This document shows positions 38,492 to 51,649 of a DNA stretch of 64,000 nt, piece after piece; position 1 is the stretch's first letter; every line of letters starts with the position of its first letter. The stretch is from NCBI GenBank assembly GCA_951406725.2, contig OX597831.1, forward strand, positions 23,932,001 through 23,996,000, read 5' to 3'. This stretch comes from Octopus vulgaris (taxonomy: Eukaryota). The position numbers were made by a program, and so were the translations under genes. The notes below the pieces were generated by a model. It searched no databases and was not told where the DNA came from. It worked only from the letters and a program-made list of their open reading frames with translations.

Positions 38492-38772
38492 AATTATTTA
38501 CATTATTTACATTTGACAGATGTTTGTCCTCATCTTGTTTGTTGTTAGCACAACATTTTGGCTGATATACACTCCAGTCTTCTTCAGGTGTCTTGGGGAA
38601 AATTTCAAACCTAGGTTCTCATTCCTAAAGTATTTTTCGAAAATGAGAACCTAGGTTGGAAATTTCTTCAAGACACCTGAAGAAGGCTGGAGGATATATC
38701 AGCCAAAACATTGTGTTAACAGCAAACAAGATGAGGATAAATATCCGTCAAATGTAAATAATATAAATAATT
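38492..38772. mobile_element. Inverted pair of Penelope-like termini with decayed hammerheads
   Basis: Arms at about 38492-38623 and 38642-38772; each has CUGAAGA...AAAA instead of GAAA. Confidence 0.75.
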
Positions 38773-39144
38773 TAAATAATGTTTATTTTTTAATGTGTTT
38801 ATTGGTGTTATTGATATCACAGTTTTCTGGCATATAATCCATCTCTGTTTCTTTTGTTTTGGACTGTTGGCAGTATCATTTGGTTGATAATAAAAATCAT
38901 CATCATCATCATAATCGTCATGATTATAATTATAATCATTATTATGAGGGTAGTGGATTGATAGAAATGTTAGACCATTCTGTAAAATGCCCTGCAATTT
39001 TTGGTTCCTTTTTTCTAGCTCTAAACATTCTGAGTTCAAATCTTGCCAAGGTTGATAAAATAAAGTACCAGTCAAGCACTGAGGTTGATGGCATCGACTT
39101 ACACCCTCCTCTCAAAATTCTCACCTTGTGCCTAAACTAGAAAC

Positions 39145-39460
39145 CCCTCCTCCTCCTCTTCCTCCACCTCTTCCTCCACCTCTTCCTCCACCTCTTCCTC
39201 CTCTCCTTCCTCCTCTTCCTCCTCTTCCTTCTCCTCCCCTTCCTCCTCTTCCTTCTCCTCCTCTTCCTCCTCCTCATCATTATCTCTCCATCCCTCCCAT
39301 TCCTCCTCCACGTCCACCTCCTTCCTCCTCCCCTTCTCCTTCTCCACGTCTTCTTCGTCTTCACCCCATCGTCTTCCAACTTCATTTTCCTTCTCCTTTT
39401 AGCATCTTTCTTCTTCCACACTTTTTCACCTTTCTCTTTCTCCTCCTCCTCCTCTTCTGC
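39145..39460. repeat. (CCT/CTT)n polypyrimidine tract
   Basis: Direct inspection. Confidence 0.92.
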
Positions 39461-40194
39461 CTTTCCCTTATTTCTCGTATTCTTACCCTGCTCACCCCCG
39501 ACCCTAACTTTCCTCATGTAACCTTAATGACACAAAGTTCCCTTGCTGCTTCTTTTGCACCCGGATGATTGATTCAAGATAATCGGCTTATGACATCGCT
39601 TGTATTGAAGAGCCACATAGCTCAGCAAAATATTTTTGGTCTCTGACCTGTATCACCCCAGCATTGCCCTTTTCTGGACATTTTGAATTTCTTTTGCATT
39701 TCTCTGCCCTATCTTTTCACTACAGTCTTATCCTTGTGAATGCAAGTATGGCTAAAGGGTTAGCTGTTGCACAACACATGAAAGAGTGTGCTCTTCCATA
39801 ATCTTGGATTGTTACGAGTTATGATTGAAATTTGGTAGGAACACACATTGAGAACCAGTTAGATTTTGGCACAAAGTTAGTTCAAGGAAGAGGCAAATTG
39901 AATGCATAGACCCCAGTGCTCAACTGGTATTTATTTTGTCAATTATCAACTCTGGAGGGATGAAATGTGAAGTCTGCCTCAGCAGAATTTGAACTCAAAA
40001 CACGAAGATGGAAGAAATGCCAATAAGCATTTTGTCTGGTGTTCTAATGGTTCTGCCAGCTTGTTTGGTGTCAGATCAATAGTAAAAATGATTATCCCTT
40101 TTGATACCAACCTACCTATGACTGTCCCTAATTCTATGATCAAAAAAACTTTCCGTTTTGAAGCGATCTAATTTAAAACCTAAGTTAAAACGAC

Positions 40195-40545
40195 CTTGGG
40201 CACATTTTGAATTCTGTATTTCGAACACTCATGGACATGCTGACAAAATCAAGAAAAAAAAAAAACAACAGAGCATCCATGACTTTCAGAAGCATTTTTT
40301 TACTCTCAGAATTCTGAAGCATAAAATAAACTACTTCCGTCAGTTGTTAGCTGTAATGACTCTGCAACTTTCAAAACTTCCATGCTTTCTGAACTTCGTT
40401 AACAGTACACCCAGTGCCTCTGGACCCATTTTGTTTTTTTTGCAACTGACTCTCTGTTGGATTCCTGTGCATATTCTATGCACCTGTTCATGCAGTTTCA
40501 GTTACTTTTTCTGATGACTTGCATTGCACATGGGCACTGTATAAA
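40195..40545 (+). pseudogene. CR1-type LINE 3' relic
   Basis: SNTHGHADKIK...HDFQKHFFTLRI; homologous to 53190-53611. Confidence 0.7.
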
Positions 40546-40558
40546 CTAAGTTCATTAT

Positions 40559-41226
40559 ATTATATCAAATTTCCTGATATGTTCCAAACACCAGTTTAAC
40601 CATTTAGCGCTTAAACCAGCCATATCCAGCCAAAACAATCTACTTGTAATACCTTCAAACTGTCCATATTTAGTCTCTCACACTTACCCTACAATATTAT
40701 TCTAAAAATAAACAATCACGTCATTGAAATCTCTAAGCCACAAGATAATGAATGACTAATTCAAATCAATGTGAATAAATAATAAGTATTACATTTGATT
40801 GAGACATCTAAATGCGAATGGGTTAATAATGGTAAAGTTATTATACTCTTTTACTCTCTTTTACTCTTTTACTTGTTTCAGTCATTTGACTGCGGCCATG
40901 CTGGAGCACCGCCTTTAATCGAGCAACTCGACCCACCACATTATATCAAATTTCCTGATATGTTCCAAACACCAGTTTAACCATTTAGCGCTTAAACCAG
41001 CCATATCCAGCCAAAACAATCTACTTGTAATACCTTCTAACTGTCCATATTTAGTCTCTCACACTTACCCTACAATATTATTCTAAAAATAAACAATCAC
41101 GTCATTGAAATCTCTAAGCCACAAGATAATGCATGACTAATTCAAATCAATGTGAATAAATAATAAGTATTACATTTGATTGAGACATCTAAATGCAAAT
41201 GGGTTAATAATGGTAAAGTTATTATA
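40559..41226. repeat. 287-bp direct duplication (contains a TTAA MITE) flanking a truncated SINE A tail
   Basis: 40559-40845 and 40940-41226 differ at about 3 positions; SINE A 3' end on the minus strand at 40846-40934. Confidence 0.93.
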
Positions 41227-41339
41227 GTGTTATTTATAATTTTCCAAATTAACAGAAACAAATGCAGTGTATTACATTTAAAATATGGTAATAAAAAGAT
41301 GATCAAGGATATATTGTCGGACACCATGTCTTGCACAGA

Positions 41340-41605
41340 GCTGATTACATCAACCCCAGTTGGTAACTGATACTTAATTTATCGACCCCGAAAGGATGAA
41401 AGACAAAGTCAACCTTGGCGGAATTTGAACTCAGAACGTAACAGCAGACGAAATACCATTGAGTGGTTTCTGTCAAGCAAATCCACTCACAAGGCTTCAG
41501 TCGACCTGAGACTATAGTAGAAGACACTTACCCGAGGTGCCACACAGTGGAACTGAACCCGGAATTATGTGGTCAGAAAGCAAACTCCTAACACCACAAG
41601 CCACT
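41340..41605 (-). mobile_element. SINE B fragment plus SINE A head
   Basis: gaccccgaaaggatgaaag core; aatccactcacaaggc...actgaaccc. Confidence 0.78.
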
Positions 41606-42149
41606 ACCACCACTACTATCACACACTACGCACATTACAATAACAATTTCTTTAACGCCACCACCACAACCATGGAACCACCACGACCATGCAACCACCA
41701 CAACCACCATGCATCTCAACCTCTACCCACCACTACTACCATTACCACCACCACGATCAGCACAATCACTTTACCATTACTACAACCACCATCATCATTA
41801 TTAACACAACACTTAACACTTTCATTTCGTTACCTGGCTAATGCCAAGATCCTTTCATCAACAGAATCATGACTTTTGGCACCGAATGAAATACTTCACC
41901 AATGTTTCCTGTCTTGGTCAATAAAGAGGAAAACGTTTTAGGAATTTTCTTATTCTTGTAAACTTATTAGAAAATTGGCCTTTACTTCAGAATACCTATT
42001 CAAATGGAAATTCAAATAAAATTTTGATTTGTTTTTCTTTCATTTACAGTCTGATATATAAATTTTTTCTTTTCTTCTGTCTTTCATTATTTCCTACATT
42101 ATTGCATACATTCGTTATAACACTGTTATCATTATTATTATTATTATTA

Positions 42150-42226
<77 letters not shown>

Positions 42227-42389
42227 GGCGCAGGAGTGGCTGTGTGGTAAGTAGCTTGCTAACCAACCACATGGTTCCAGGTTCAGTCCCACTGCGCGGC
42301 ATCTTGGGCAAGTGTCTTCTGCTATAGCCCCGGGCCGACCAATGCCTTGTGAGTGGATTTGGTAGACGGAAACTGAAAGAAGCCTGTCG

Positions 42390-42436
<47 letters not shown>

Positions 42437-42643
42437 TTGTGTGTCTGTGTTTGTCCCCCTAGCATTGCTTGACAACCGATGCTGGTGTGTTTACGTCCCC
42501 GTCACTTAGCGGTTCGGCAAAAGAGACCGATAGAATAAGTACTGGGCTTACAAAGAATAAGTCCCGGGGTCGATTTGCCCGACTAAAGGCGGTGCTCCAG
42601 CATGGCTGCAGTCAAATGACTGAAACAAGTAAGAGAGAGAGAG
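42227..42643 (+). mobile_element. SINE family A, full length, inserted in (ATT)n
   Basis: Young copy with CpGs retained. Confidence 0.93.
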
Positions 42644-44445
42644 TATTATTATTATTGTTATTGTTGTTGTTGTTTTATTTTTGGGTTATATAAAATAAAG
42701 TACCAGTTTAATTGACACCACCACCACTACACTACCACCCTAAGAACCATGCCATTTCTTCAGCACACTACCACCACATGATATGAGCCAATATGAGAGC
42801 CTGCATATGGTTGCTTGACCTACAAGAAACAGCAGCTAAATCTTCTTCAAAGTACATCAAACCACATCAAAAGGACATGTTGGATATAATGGTTATCAAT
42901 TCCCTACACATACAATAAAGAAAAAGATGGTATGTCATGACTGGAATGCCTTTAGTGGCAGCCAAGTCCACTGCAAGCCCTATCATCCCATCCTATCGTC
43001 ATAAAAGGGGTTTTAGGCTGCACTAAGCTTTTATACTGTTACAAATTCTCGGGGGACAAATGCAGACACACACACATAGATATATACACACATACATTTA
43101 TACATATAAATGAATGTGTGTGTGTATATATATATATCAATGTGTGTGTGTGTATCTATGCTGATTGTGTCACACTTCAGGTTCTGTCATGTACATTAGA
43201 TGTCAACAAGTAAGCTTTTACATGGTCATTTAATCTGCTGGAAATAGCACTAGCATCTCAAGCAAATCACATTTTATTGTCATAAATATGAAGAGTATAC
43301 TGGATAATAACGTTTTATATAAATTGTGCTGGAAAAAAAGGGTGGGATTGGCAATACTGGTGTACCTTTGCTCGAAGATCTACTTGGATTGAAATCAAGT
43401 ATCTGGTCTGAACAACAAAAGAATCCTGATAAAAATGTTGAGAGAGAGCTTTTGTGTACGAGTGGAAATAGTTGGAAATAGCAGACAACTCTTCCTCAAA
43501 TCTCACCCTACCATCATAAGAAAGAAAGGACACATTAAATAGCACATTGTTTCACAGAGATGGTTGGAAGATGGAATGGTCAATATTGGAATGTCTTTGA
43601 TCAAGGCTGATTTTGATCAAAACAACAGCAGTTAATATATTGAGAAAATGATTCCAGTCAGTATAATCTCCTAATTAAACTTCAATGCAAGCTAAGATAA
43701 AGAAAAAAGAACACTTAAATCAAAATTCAAAAAGAAAATTAAAGACCAAACAACTCTTTAATTATTAAACAATGAATGAAGACTTTCTAGTCTTTGTAGT
43801 GAACAAATTGCAGTCTGGTTAATCTCTAAATTCCTTGCAATTAGTCTCTCACAAATGACTCACAGAATATCAGAAAATGTTTGTCATGTCTGGAATGAAG
43901 GCATATTCCATACCATGAAAGAATTTAGGAAGGAAATGGTCTGTTGTTTATCAAAGACAATTATTTATCTAGTTCTGTATTGTTCATTTTTGATGTGGTT
44001 CTGAATTATTTCATCTCTCATATTTGTCTAAAAAATTGACATTTGAGCCATTCTATAAACACTTCTGTTCTGTATTTATGAATATGACAGATGCATGTAT
44101 GTATATACATGCACACACAAAAATTCACATACACACAGCAGAATACCTTGATTACTGTGGGTTGGATAATGGATGTTGCGAAAACACTGTAGTGCTTGAA
44201 TGTCTTAATACATGAAAAATAGCCAACTGATGTCTAAACTTTGATAAAACAAAATATCTAAATTTTCTGAAATACATTATAGAATAAAGCACATAAAAAA
44301 TTTGTATAAATAAATATATGCAATGAATGCAGCTTTATGTTTAATGAGTCTAGTAATTTGCATCATAATATGTAAAAATATAAAAAGGAAATGTTTTAAA
44401 TATTGCAAAAGAGCTGTTTATTTCGGTTTTCCGATTTTCTTTCAG

Positions 44446-44543
44446 AACATGACAATACACCAGCTAAATATATTTCAAACTTGCCTTATGACTGGGATAA
44501 ATTATTCATTTATAGTTTCATTCCCGTCTGGAAGTATGACTAA
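44446..44543 (+). CDS. Candidate terminal exon (xHDNTPAKYISNLPYDWDKLFIYSFIPVWKYD*)
   Basis: Strong acceptor tttcggttttccgattttctttcAG, followed by about 0.9 kb of repeat-free UTR-like sequence with AATAAA near 45370. Confidence 0.3.
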
Positions 44544-45829
44544 AGTATCACAAATGCAAAATTTAAGCAATTATACAGCAAATATACTGCTTCTTTCATG
44601 AAAGTAGAAAAAGAATGTAACAAAATTAACATAAAGTGGTAGATGATCTGAAGATATTGACTACACAGGAACTGTATGAAGTGCTGGAAGCTGTGTGTAG
44701 CTGAGAATAATCCCAAGCTTAAATTCCTTAATAAATCTTCAAAACTATTTAATTGTCAAATCAGAGATTTTCCCTAAATGTCACCATGATGAAAAATACT
44801 TCTACAAGCACTAGAACAGCATACTACCAACCAGCTCAATAGATCGTCAAGAACAAAACATTGACTGTACATTTTATGCTTTAGTCTTAACCTATTAATA
44901 CTTGCTCCTAATCTCACTGCACTACAATATTATACCCATACACTGTAACACCTTGTGTTGTCAATTATTTAACTTTCTACACAATTTTCAAATATGTTTA
45001 AAAGCCTTTCAACGAATACATTTTTAAAAAATCCTCCAACTTAATTTTTCCTAACAACCAATGTGAAATATAGTACTTATAGCAATATATGTACATATAA
45101 TTAGTTGTTCCACTTTTACTCGTAATGCAACACTGGAAATACTTCAAAATAATAACATTTATGACATGAATATTTTATCAATCAAAAGAATCTGCTGTCT
45201 GATGATTACTTAGTATAATCTAAACATGAATCTTGAAGTTAGGATGCATTATCACTAATGGATTATACAATTCTATGTGTGATATGTGTACGTGTATGTG
45301 TTAGGAATTTTCATTAGATTAGTTCTTCTGAATGCTTAATATGATAAATTGTTGTTAGTTCCTATTTTCAATAAACATTTCCTTTATATTATTTCCTTTA
45401 TATTATTGAACTTTAACCCTGAATATCAATTAGAGAAGCTTGGAGTTTATTTGCCAAATATGTAACATAAGCACTGCCAAAGATCCGGTCTTCACAAATG
45501 AAAGCTACAAATTTTTATAAGTTGTTATTGATGTTGTTGCTACTCTCAGCCCTCTACCAATCACATGATGTGTTTGGTGGAACTTTTGCTTTAGAGTTTT
45601 ATAGAGGATTACAAGTGAACATGGGCAACAAAGCTTTCGGGAAAAATCTGGATACCAACAAGAGTCTGCTGGTTGGTCTCTTCCAGAGGATTTTTGGCCT
45701 GAGGACTATTGATAACTTTCAGAAATAACCCATGATCTGGCCTGTTGTCTTCTTCCAATCAGGACTCATGCCATTAGCCACAAAGAGTAATCTCTAATTT
45801 GAGTCTACTCTAAGCTACTAAGAATGCGT

Positions 45830-46250
45830 GCAGCAACTTGAAGATCCACCCACCACACGTGATAGACTGGCGGTTGCACGGGCGTGAAAGCTACGTTGTT
45901 ATCCTCATTCCATAAACGGTGGCTTTTTTTAACGGGTGGATAGCTGAACCATCCTGGGGTACAGAGGATTCACAATCTAGACTAGGGTCTGAAAGTTTAC
46001 CACACCATAGTGCGTTACACCATGGTTCCTCTGCTTTGTGGCAGAAGTAGGAAGAAAGAGTGAGAGAAAGTTGTGGTGAAAGAATACAGTGGGTTTCACC
46101 ACCACCACCACCACCACCCTGCTGGAGCCTCATGGAGCTTAGGTGTTTTTGTTCAATAAACACACATAATGCCCCTGTCTGGGAATCGAAACCACGGCTC
46201 TTACACGACCGCAAGTCCGCTGCCCTAACCACTGGGCCATTGCGCCTCCA
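45830..46250 (-). mobile_element. SINE family D, tail type 3
   Basis: Shared head at 46050-46250 with an unrelated GC-richer 3' segment. Confidence 0.75.
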
Positions 46251-47818
46251 CTGCTGCTGCTGTTGGATATACGTTTATCAGTTAAAGCATACAGCCTTTA
46301 TAGAAAAATAGAAAAACAATATTGTCCCAAAGAGATGTTAAACTTAATTTCCCATGGTTTACTCTCTTTATACAATTCTTCAATGCATTTCTTTTGCTTT
46401 CAAGCATTGAATGTACATTTTTTCTTTTTTTTTTTGTTTCGCTTTTATCAGTAAACCATGAACATGGTTTGAGGAAATGGATGGGAAAAAAAAACAAAAA
46501 ACAGGACTGCATGACAGCCAATTGATGACTGATAGCCATCTGTGCAAGGGAATTTGGATATGTATGTATGTATGTATGTATGTATGATAATTTATTGCCT
46601 TAACAAATATCTAGATGGAAAGATATACTTCTTCTAAAAGTAGGATAATTTGCAAGAAATCGAAATCTTTAAGATAGTAAAAGTTGATACAATAAACTGG
46701 TGATTCTTGAATTTAGGATATCGTTTTCCCCTTTTCTTATATGCAGCATTTAGTTTCTTTAGCAGGCTAAGCAACCGTTTAGAGGCCCCTTCAGTGACAT
46801 ATAATAATTCAATTGGTTTTGGACATTGTCTGACTTGACAATCTTTCTTTATATCTCATTCTTTTTTTTTTCTTTTTTTTTTTCCTAATTATTCAGCCGT
46901 CTTCTCTTTTCTGTTTCATCCATTGTCTTGCTACTCTTGAAGACAGATGACAAAAGATGTCTTCATAAATCTTTTGTCGTCTGTCTCTCAATCTCTCAGT
47001 CTCTCTCTTCCTCTTCTTTTTTTTTAGTATTATTCTCTCTTTCTTTTTTTCTCTCTTTCTTCTTTTCTCTCCTTCTCTTTTGTCTGCTTTCATCATTTAT
47101 CTTCTTTGGTGTTTCTATTTCTTTAGTCGTCATCTGTCTTTCCTTCCTGACTTTTACTATCATTCTTTTGCTGTCTTATTGTTGAGCCTTCTATACTTTT
47201 CTTATTTATTTTCCTCACAGTCGCCACCACTACCACCCTCACACCACGCCATCATAATTACTTTCCTTACAATCATCATCATCATCATCATCATCACCAC
47301 AATCACTATAACCATTACCATCTTCTTTATCTTCACACATAATTACAACCATCATCATCATTACCATCACTACATATTCAATCATGATCACTACTATCAC
47401 CCCACATCATCATCATCATCAGCATCATCGTTATTTTCCTCATCATCGTCATCATCATCATCATTATCACCATCATCATCATCATCAATTTTCTTTTACC
47501 TTGTATATATAACATGAGATAGTAGGAACGGATTACACTAGAATCTATTAGATTTCTTAGAACAAAAACTAACAGAAGTCAGGGAAAGCCTATTAAATTC
47601 CTATATAAAACCAAATAATAAAAAAAAAAAATCATACAATCATAAAATTGTATTAGAGAATTACAGAACAAATAATGTACATCTATAAAACCAGAACTGG
47701 AAATCGTAAAATATCAGAGAATTATTGTCTTTTATTTTTAATCTGTCTTGTTAACCCATTTCCTTATTCTGTGGTGCGTACATGTTAATGGTAAAGACAG
47801 AAATAAAATGAGAGAACT

Positions 47819-47851
<33 letters not shown>

Positions 47852-48032
47852 GAGGGGGGTGTATTTATTAGAATATACTTGATAAATATTACTACTTTTC
47901 CATGACTTTAAGTTTCATGCTAAGTAGAGCATTAATCAGATGAGAGTAATACGAGTGAAGATATCTCTCAAATGGCTGTTTTATTTAAGTCCTCAGTATC
48001 AGAAACTGTGAGCTATGAATTTCTCTATTTGG

Positions 48033-48078
<46 letters not shown>

Positions 48079-48336
48079 TTGGTAAAGTTTCAATTGTTAA
48101 AATTTGTCATGTAGCAAGCCTGCATTTGTATGAGAATGCACATAGATTCATACCTAGACAGGAATATATACATACTCATACAACATTATGTGTGTATGTT
48201 AGTGTTCATCCAAGAGGAAGCTTATGGAAAGAACTGTGCCACATATTTTGAACTGTGATATAGAGAAAAAACTAGAATTGTATAGACGAGTGTGTCATTC
48301 ATAATATATATTGTATGACATTAGATTTAGTAGAAA

Positions 48337-48932
48337 GGCGGTGAGCTAGCAGAAACGTTAGCACACTGGGCGAGATGCTTGGCAGTATTTCATCTGCCAT
48401 TACGTTCTGAGTTCAAATTCTGCTGAGGTTGACTTTGCCTTTCATCCTTTCAGGGTCGATAAATTAAGTACCAGTTACACACTGGGGTCAATGTAATCGA
48501 GTTAATCCCTTTATTTGTCCTTGTTTGTCCCCTCTGTTTAGCCCCTTGTGGGTAGTAAAGAAATAGGTATTTCGTCTGTCTTTACGTTCTGAGTTCAAAT
48601 TCCACTGGGGTCAACTTTACCTTTCATCCTTTCGGGGTCGATAAATTAAGTACCAGTTACACACTGGGGTCGATGTAATCAACTTAATCCCTTTATTTGT
48701 CCTTGTTTGTCCCCTCTGTTTAGCCCCTTGTGGGTAGTAAAGAAATAGGTATTTCGTCTGTCTTTACGTTCTGAGTTCAAATTCCACTGGGGTCAACTTT
48801 ACCTTTCATCCTTTCGGGGGTCGATAAATTAAGTACCAGTTACGCACTGGGGTCGATGTAATCAACTTAATCCCGTTGTCTGTCCTTGTTTGTCCCCTCT
48901 GTGTTTAGCCCCTTGTGGGCAATAAAGAAATA
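48337..48932 (+). mobile_element. SINE family B trimer
   Basis: One head plus two extra ~182-bp bodies (48566, 48748); 13-bp TSD agatttagtagaa at 48323-48335 and 48933-48945. Confidence 0.93.
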
Positions 48933-49399
48933 AGATTTAGTAGAATAGGAGTAATATCACTGTAAAAGTATGCAATGTAAAATTCGAAACTGAAAATCTG
49001 ATATACCCAGGTCATCAGCTTAGTATGGTTCATTTCAACAGGTTCCATCGCTGATTAGGATTAATTAGAAGAAATTTGTTAATATCTATTTCTGACCTCT
49101 TAATTACATTATCATTTGAGGTCATATGTTCCAACTGAAAATGTGTTCTCTTTACGATGCAGTATGCAAATCTTGGAAGCATTGATGTATAATTGTTTTG
49201 GTTCCGTATATTCAAAAGAATTGGAAAATGGCTAATTCCTTTGTTTGTAAGTTTTCATATATTGCTTGTGTTCATTGTGCCATATAAAACTGACCTTGAT
49301 CATGTGATTGTTGAATAAATTATGGTAACTATAATTTAATGCTAATGAGGGTTAAAAATGTTTTTTGCTATATTACCTTTTGACATTTAGAGAAGGGAA

Positions 49400-49605
49400 A
49401 TGGCAGAAACGTTAGCACACCGGGTGAAAATCCTTGGCAGTATTTCATCTGTCTTTATGTTCTCAGTTCAAATTCCGCTGAGGTCAACTTTGCATTTCAT
49501 CCTTTCGGGATTGATAAATTAAATACCAGTTGTATACTGGGGTTGATTTAATCAACTGGCCCTCACCTCAAAAATTTCAGGCCTTGTACCTAGTGTAGAA
49601 AATAA
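49400..49605 (+). mobile_element. SINE family B, alternative tail
   Basis: Same head and core, tail aaaaatttcaggccttgtacctag; also at 51650-51835, 38955-39140 and 63060-63270(-). Confidence 0.83.
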
Positions 49606-49919
49606 TATTATAGCTGTTTTCTTACTGAAATATTGTTTTAGCTTGGAAGTAAAGTGAACGTGATTGAATTTATTAATCTCTAGCATGTTCTAGTATTTAT
49701 CATTGTTTGACTTTGTTAAAGATTCTTTTTTTTTTTTACCTAGTAATTCAGATTTGTTTTTATTTATCAAATAATTTTTTGAAAATGAGCAAAGAGGTCT
49801 CATTTATGTGCATGTGTGTTTCATTCAATTTATTGTACAGAATTCAGGAAATATTGTAAAAATTTGAGCAAAGAAATTTCAGGTGCTGGTTGCATCTTAC
49901 CTGATTTTGTTCAATTTAA

Positions 49920-50139
49920 CCTTTTCATTACTGTATTTATTTTGAGATGTTCTGTGTTTCTTTCAATTACTTTAAATATAACAAAGAATTTAGTAAAATA
50001 ACTTAGTTATCATTAAGCTAGTGATAGGAACATAAGTTGTGACTAAGCTTTGGTGGAAGATTTTAATTCAAAACTTATGAAAACAAGATATTTGTACTCA
50101 GAGCCAGAGCCGGTTTCAGCCGGGTTGGTAATGAAAGGG
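49920..50139. mobile_element. piggyBac-type MITE, 220 bp
   Basis: TTAA TSD on both sides; TIR ccttttcattac / gtaatgaaaggg. Confidence 0.85.
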
Positions 50140-50966
50140 TTAAGGCTATTACTGTAGTGTGAGCATTCTGAACCTTTATATAAGCCTATATCAGCTGTTT
50201 TCAGTTTTGTATTTAGGATATCTAAGTTACATAGAGGCAATATCTCATCTCAGCACAATCAAATTCACTAGAATTTTGTATTTTCACATGGAGAATTTTT
50301 ATCAAATAATATTGCTTTTATGACATGCATGAATATTTCTGTGTCACAACTGTTAATAGTGCAACATTTTTTTTTAAATAAATGTTAAGGATTTATTGAG
50401 TCAAGCTCAAAAAGGAAAGGATAAAACTCCACAATGTTGAATTGAACAAACATACAAATTGCTTTTGTTACTAATACTTAGGAACCAACTGTCTTGTTAT
50501 TCTTTTGTTGGTAGTTTGTGTAATTTCTCATTTTGGCATTTATATTATTCATGATGTCTTAAATAATTAATCGATTTTACTCTTAACTAGATTAATTAAA
50601 ACTGCTTTTTGGATTGCAACTGAAGTTTCTCTTCTGATCTTTTAATGTGACATATATGCTTCATGCTTGACTAAACTCTCTGTATGTTTGTCAATTTTTA
50701 ATTTCATTACTGCATCACTGACTTCCATGTTCATACTGTTATACATGTGCAGATCAGATTCTGTACTTTTGAGCAATATTGAAATTTGATGCACATGTTG
50801 CCATCAGATCTGAATGGCGATTTTTCTTAATCAAAAAGGCAAATGTTTGCCTAGATTTCTAAAACGTTTCTAAAACGTTAGAATTTGGTTTATGTTGATC
50901 AACATGGTACTTGAACCATATTATATCTGGACTTCAAATCGTCTGCTGAGATGATTTAATAAACTA

Positions 50967-51425
50967 TTGGGTTGTCCGGGAAGTTTGTGCTGATTTTTAA
51001 AGGAAAGAAAAAGGTCAGTAAATACTTGCCATTACATTTTTAATCAACCAAATATGAACCATTGTGTTGCACAATGTGTCTCCATCTTTCCTTTAACTTG
51101 AAAATACCCTCTTCCCAGAATTGAGGTGGTTTCATGGCAAAGAATTCATCAAGGCATCTTTTTACGTCATCCAAGGAATTGAAATTTTTACTGTTAAGAC
51201 TATTCTGCAGAGACCTGAATAAGTGGATATCCGAAGGAGCAATATCTGGTGAATATGGAAGGTGGGTAACACATCCCAGCCGAGGTGCAGCAATTTTTGC
51301 CTAGTTCCGAAAGCATCAAGTGCCGAAAATGAACTTTCCTATCTTCCATTTTAAAGGGTTTCTGAATTAACAGAATTAAAGGGTTACAGAATTTTAAATC
51401 GGCATGAACTTTCCGGACAACCCAA
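50967..51425 (-). mobile_element. Mariner deletion derivative with an additional 5' deletion
   Basis: TIRs; same C-terminal relic. Confidence 0.92.
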
Positions 51426-51649
51426 TTTTTCTTCTTTAAAGCCATTTTTGGTGGAGCTGAATTATAATGAAAACTTTTATGATAAAGACATGGTTACTTA
51501 TTTATATGTCTCTAGAGACAATGTTAGGTTTTCTGTCAAGAGAATCATTGCCTATAATCAAATCTAGTGTGATATCTAAGAAAGTAATTATACTCGGGTT
51601 GATGTTGATGATGATTCTTGGCTTTACTCAATATGTGTGTTTTGAAGGC

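Noticed and set aside
39128-39568. Proline-rich or Glu/Arg-rich protein ORFs
   Set aside because: They derive from a (CCT)n tract with no splice or homology support.
49030-49250. 61-aa minus ORF and a plus-strand GTAAGT donor
   Set aside because: No recognisable domain and no consistent acceptor and frame could be assigned.
50798-50822. Short hairpin ttgccatcagatctgaatggcga as a pre-miRNA
   Set aside because: It is far too short for a Drosha/Dicer substrate.
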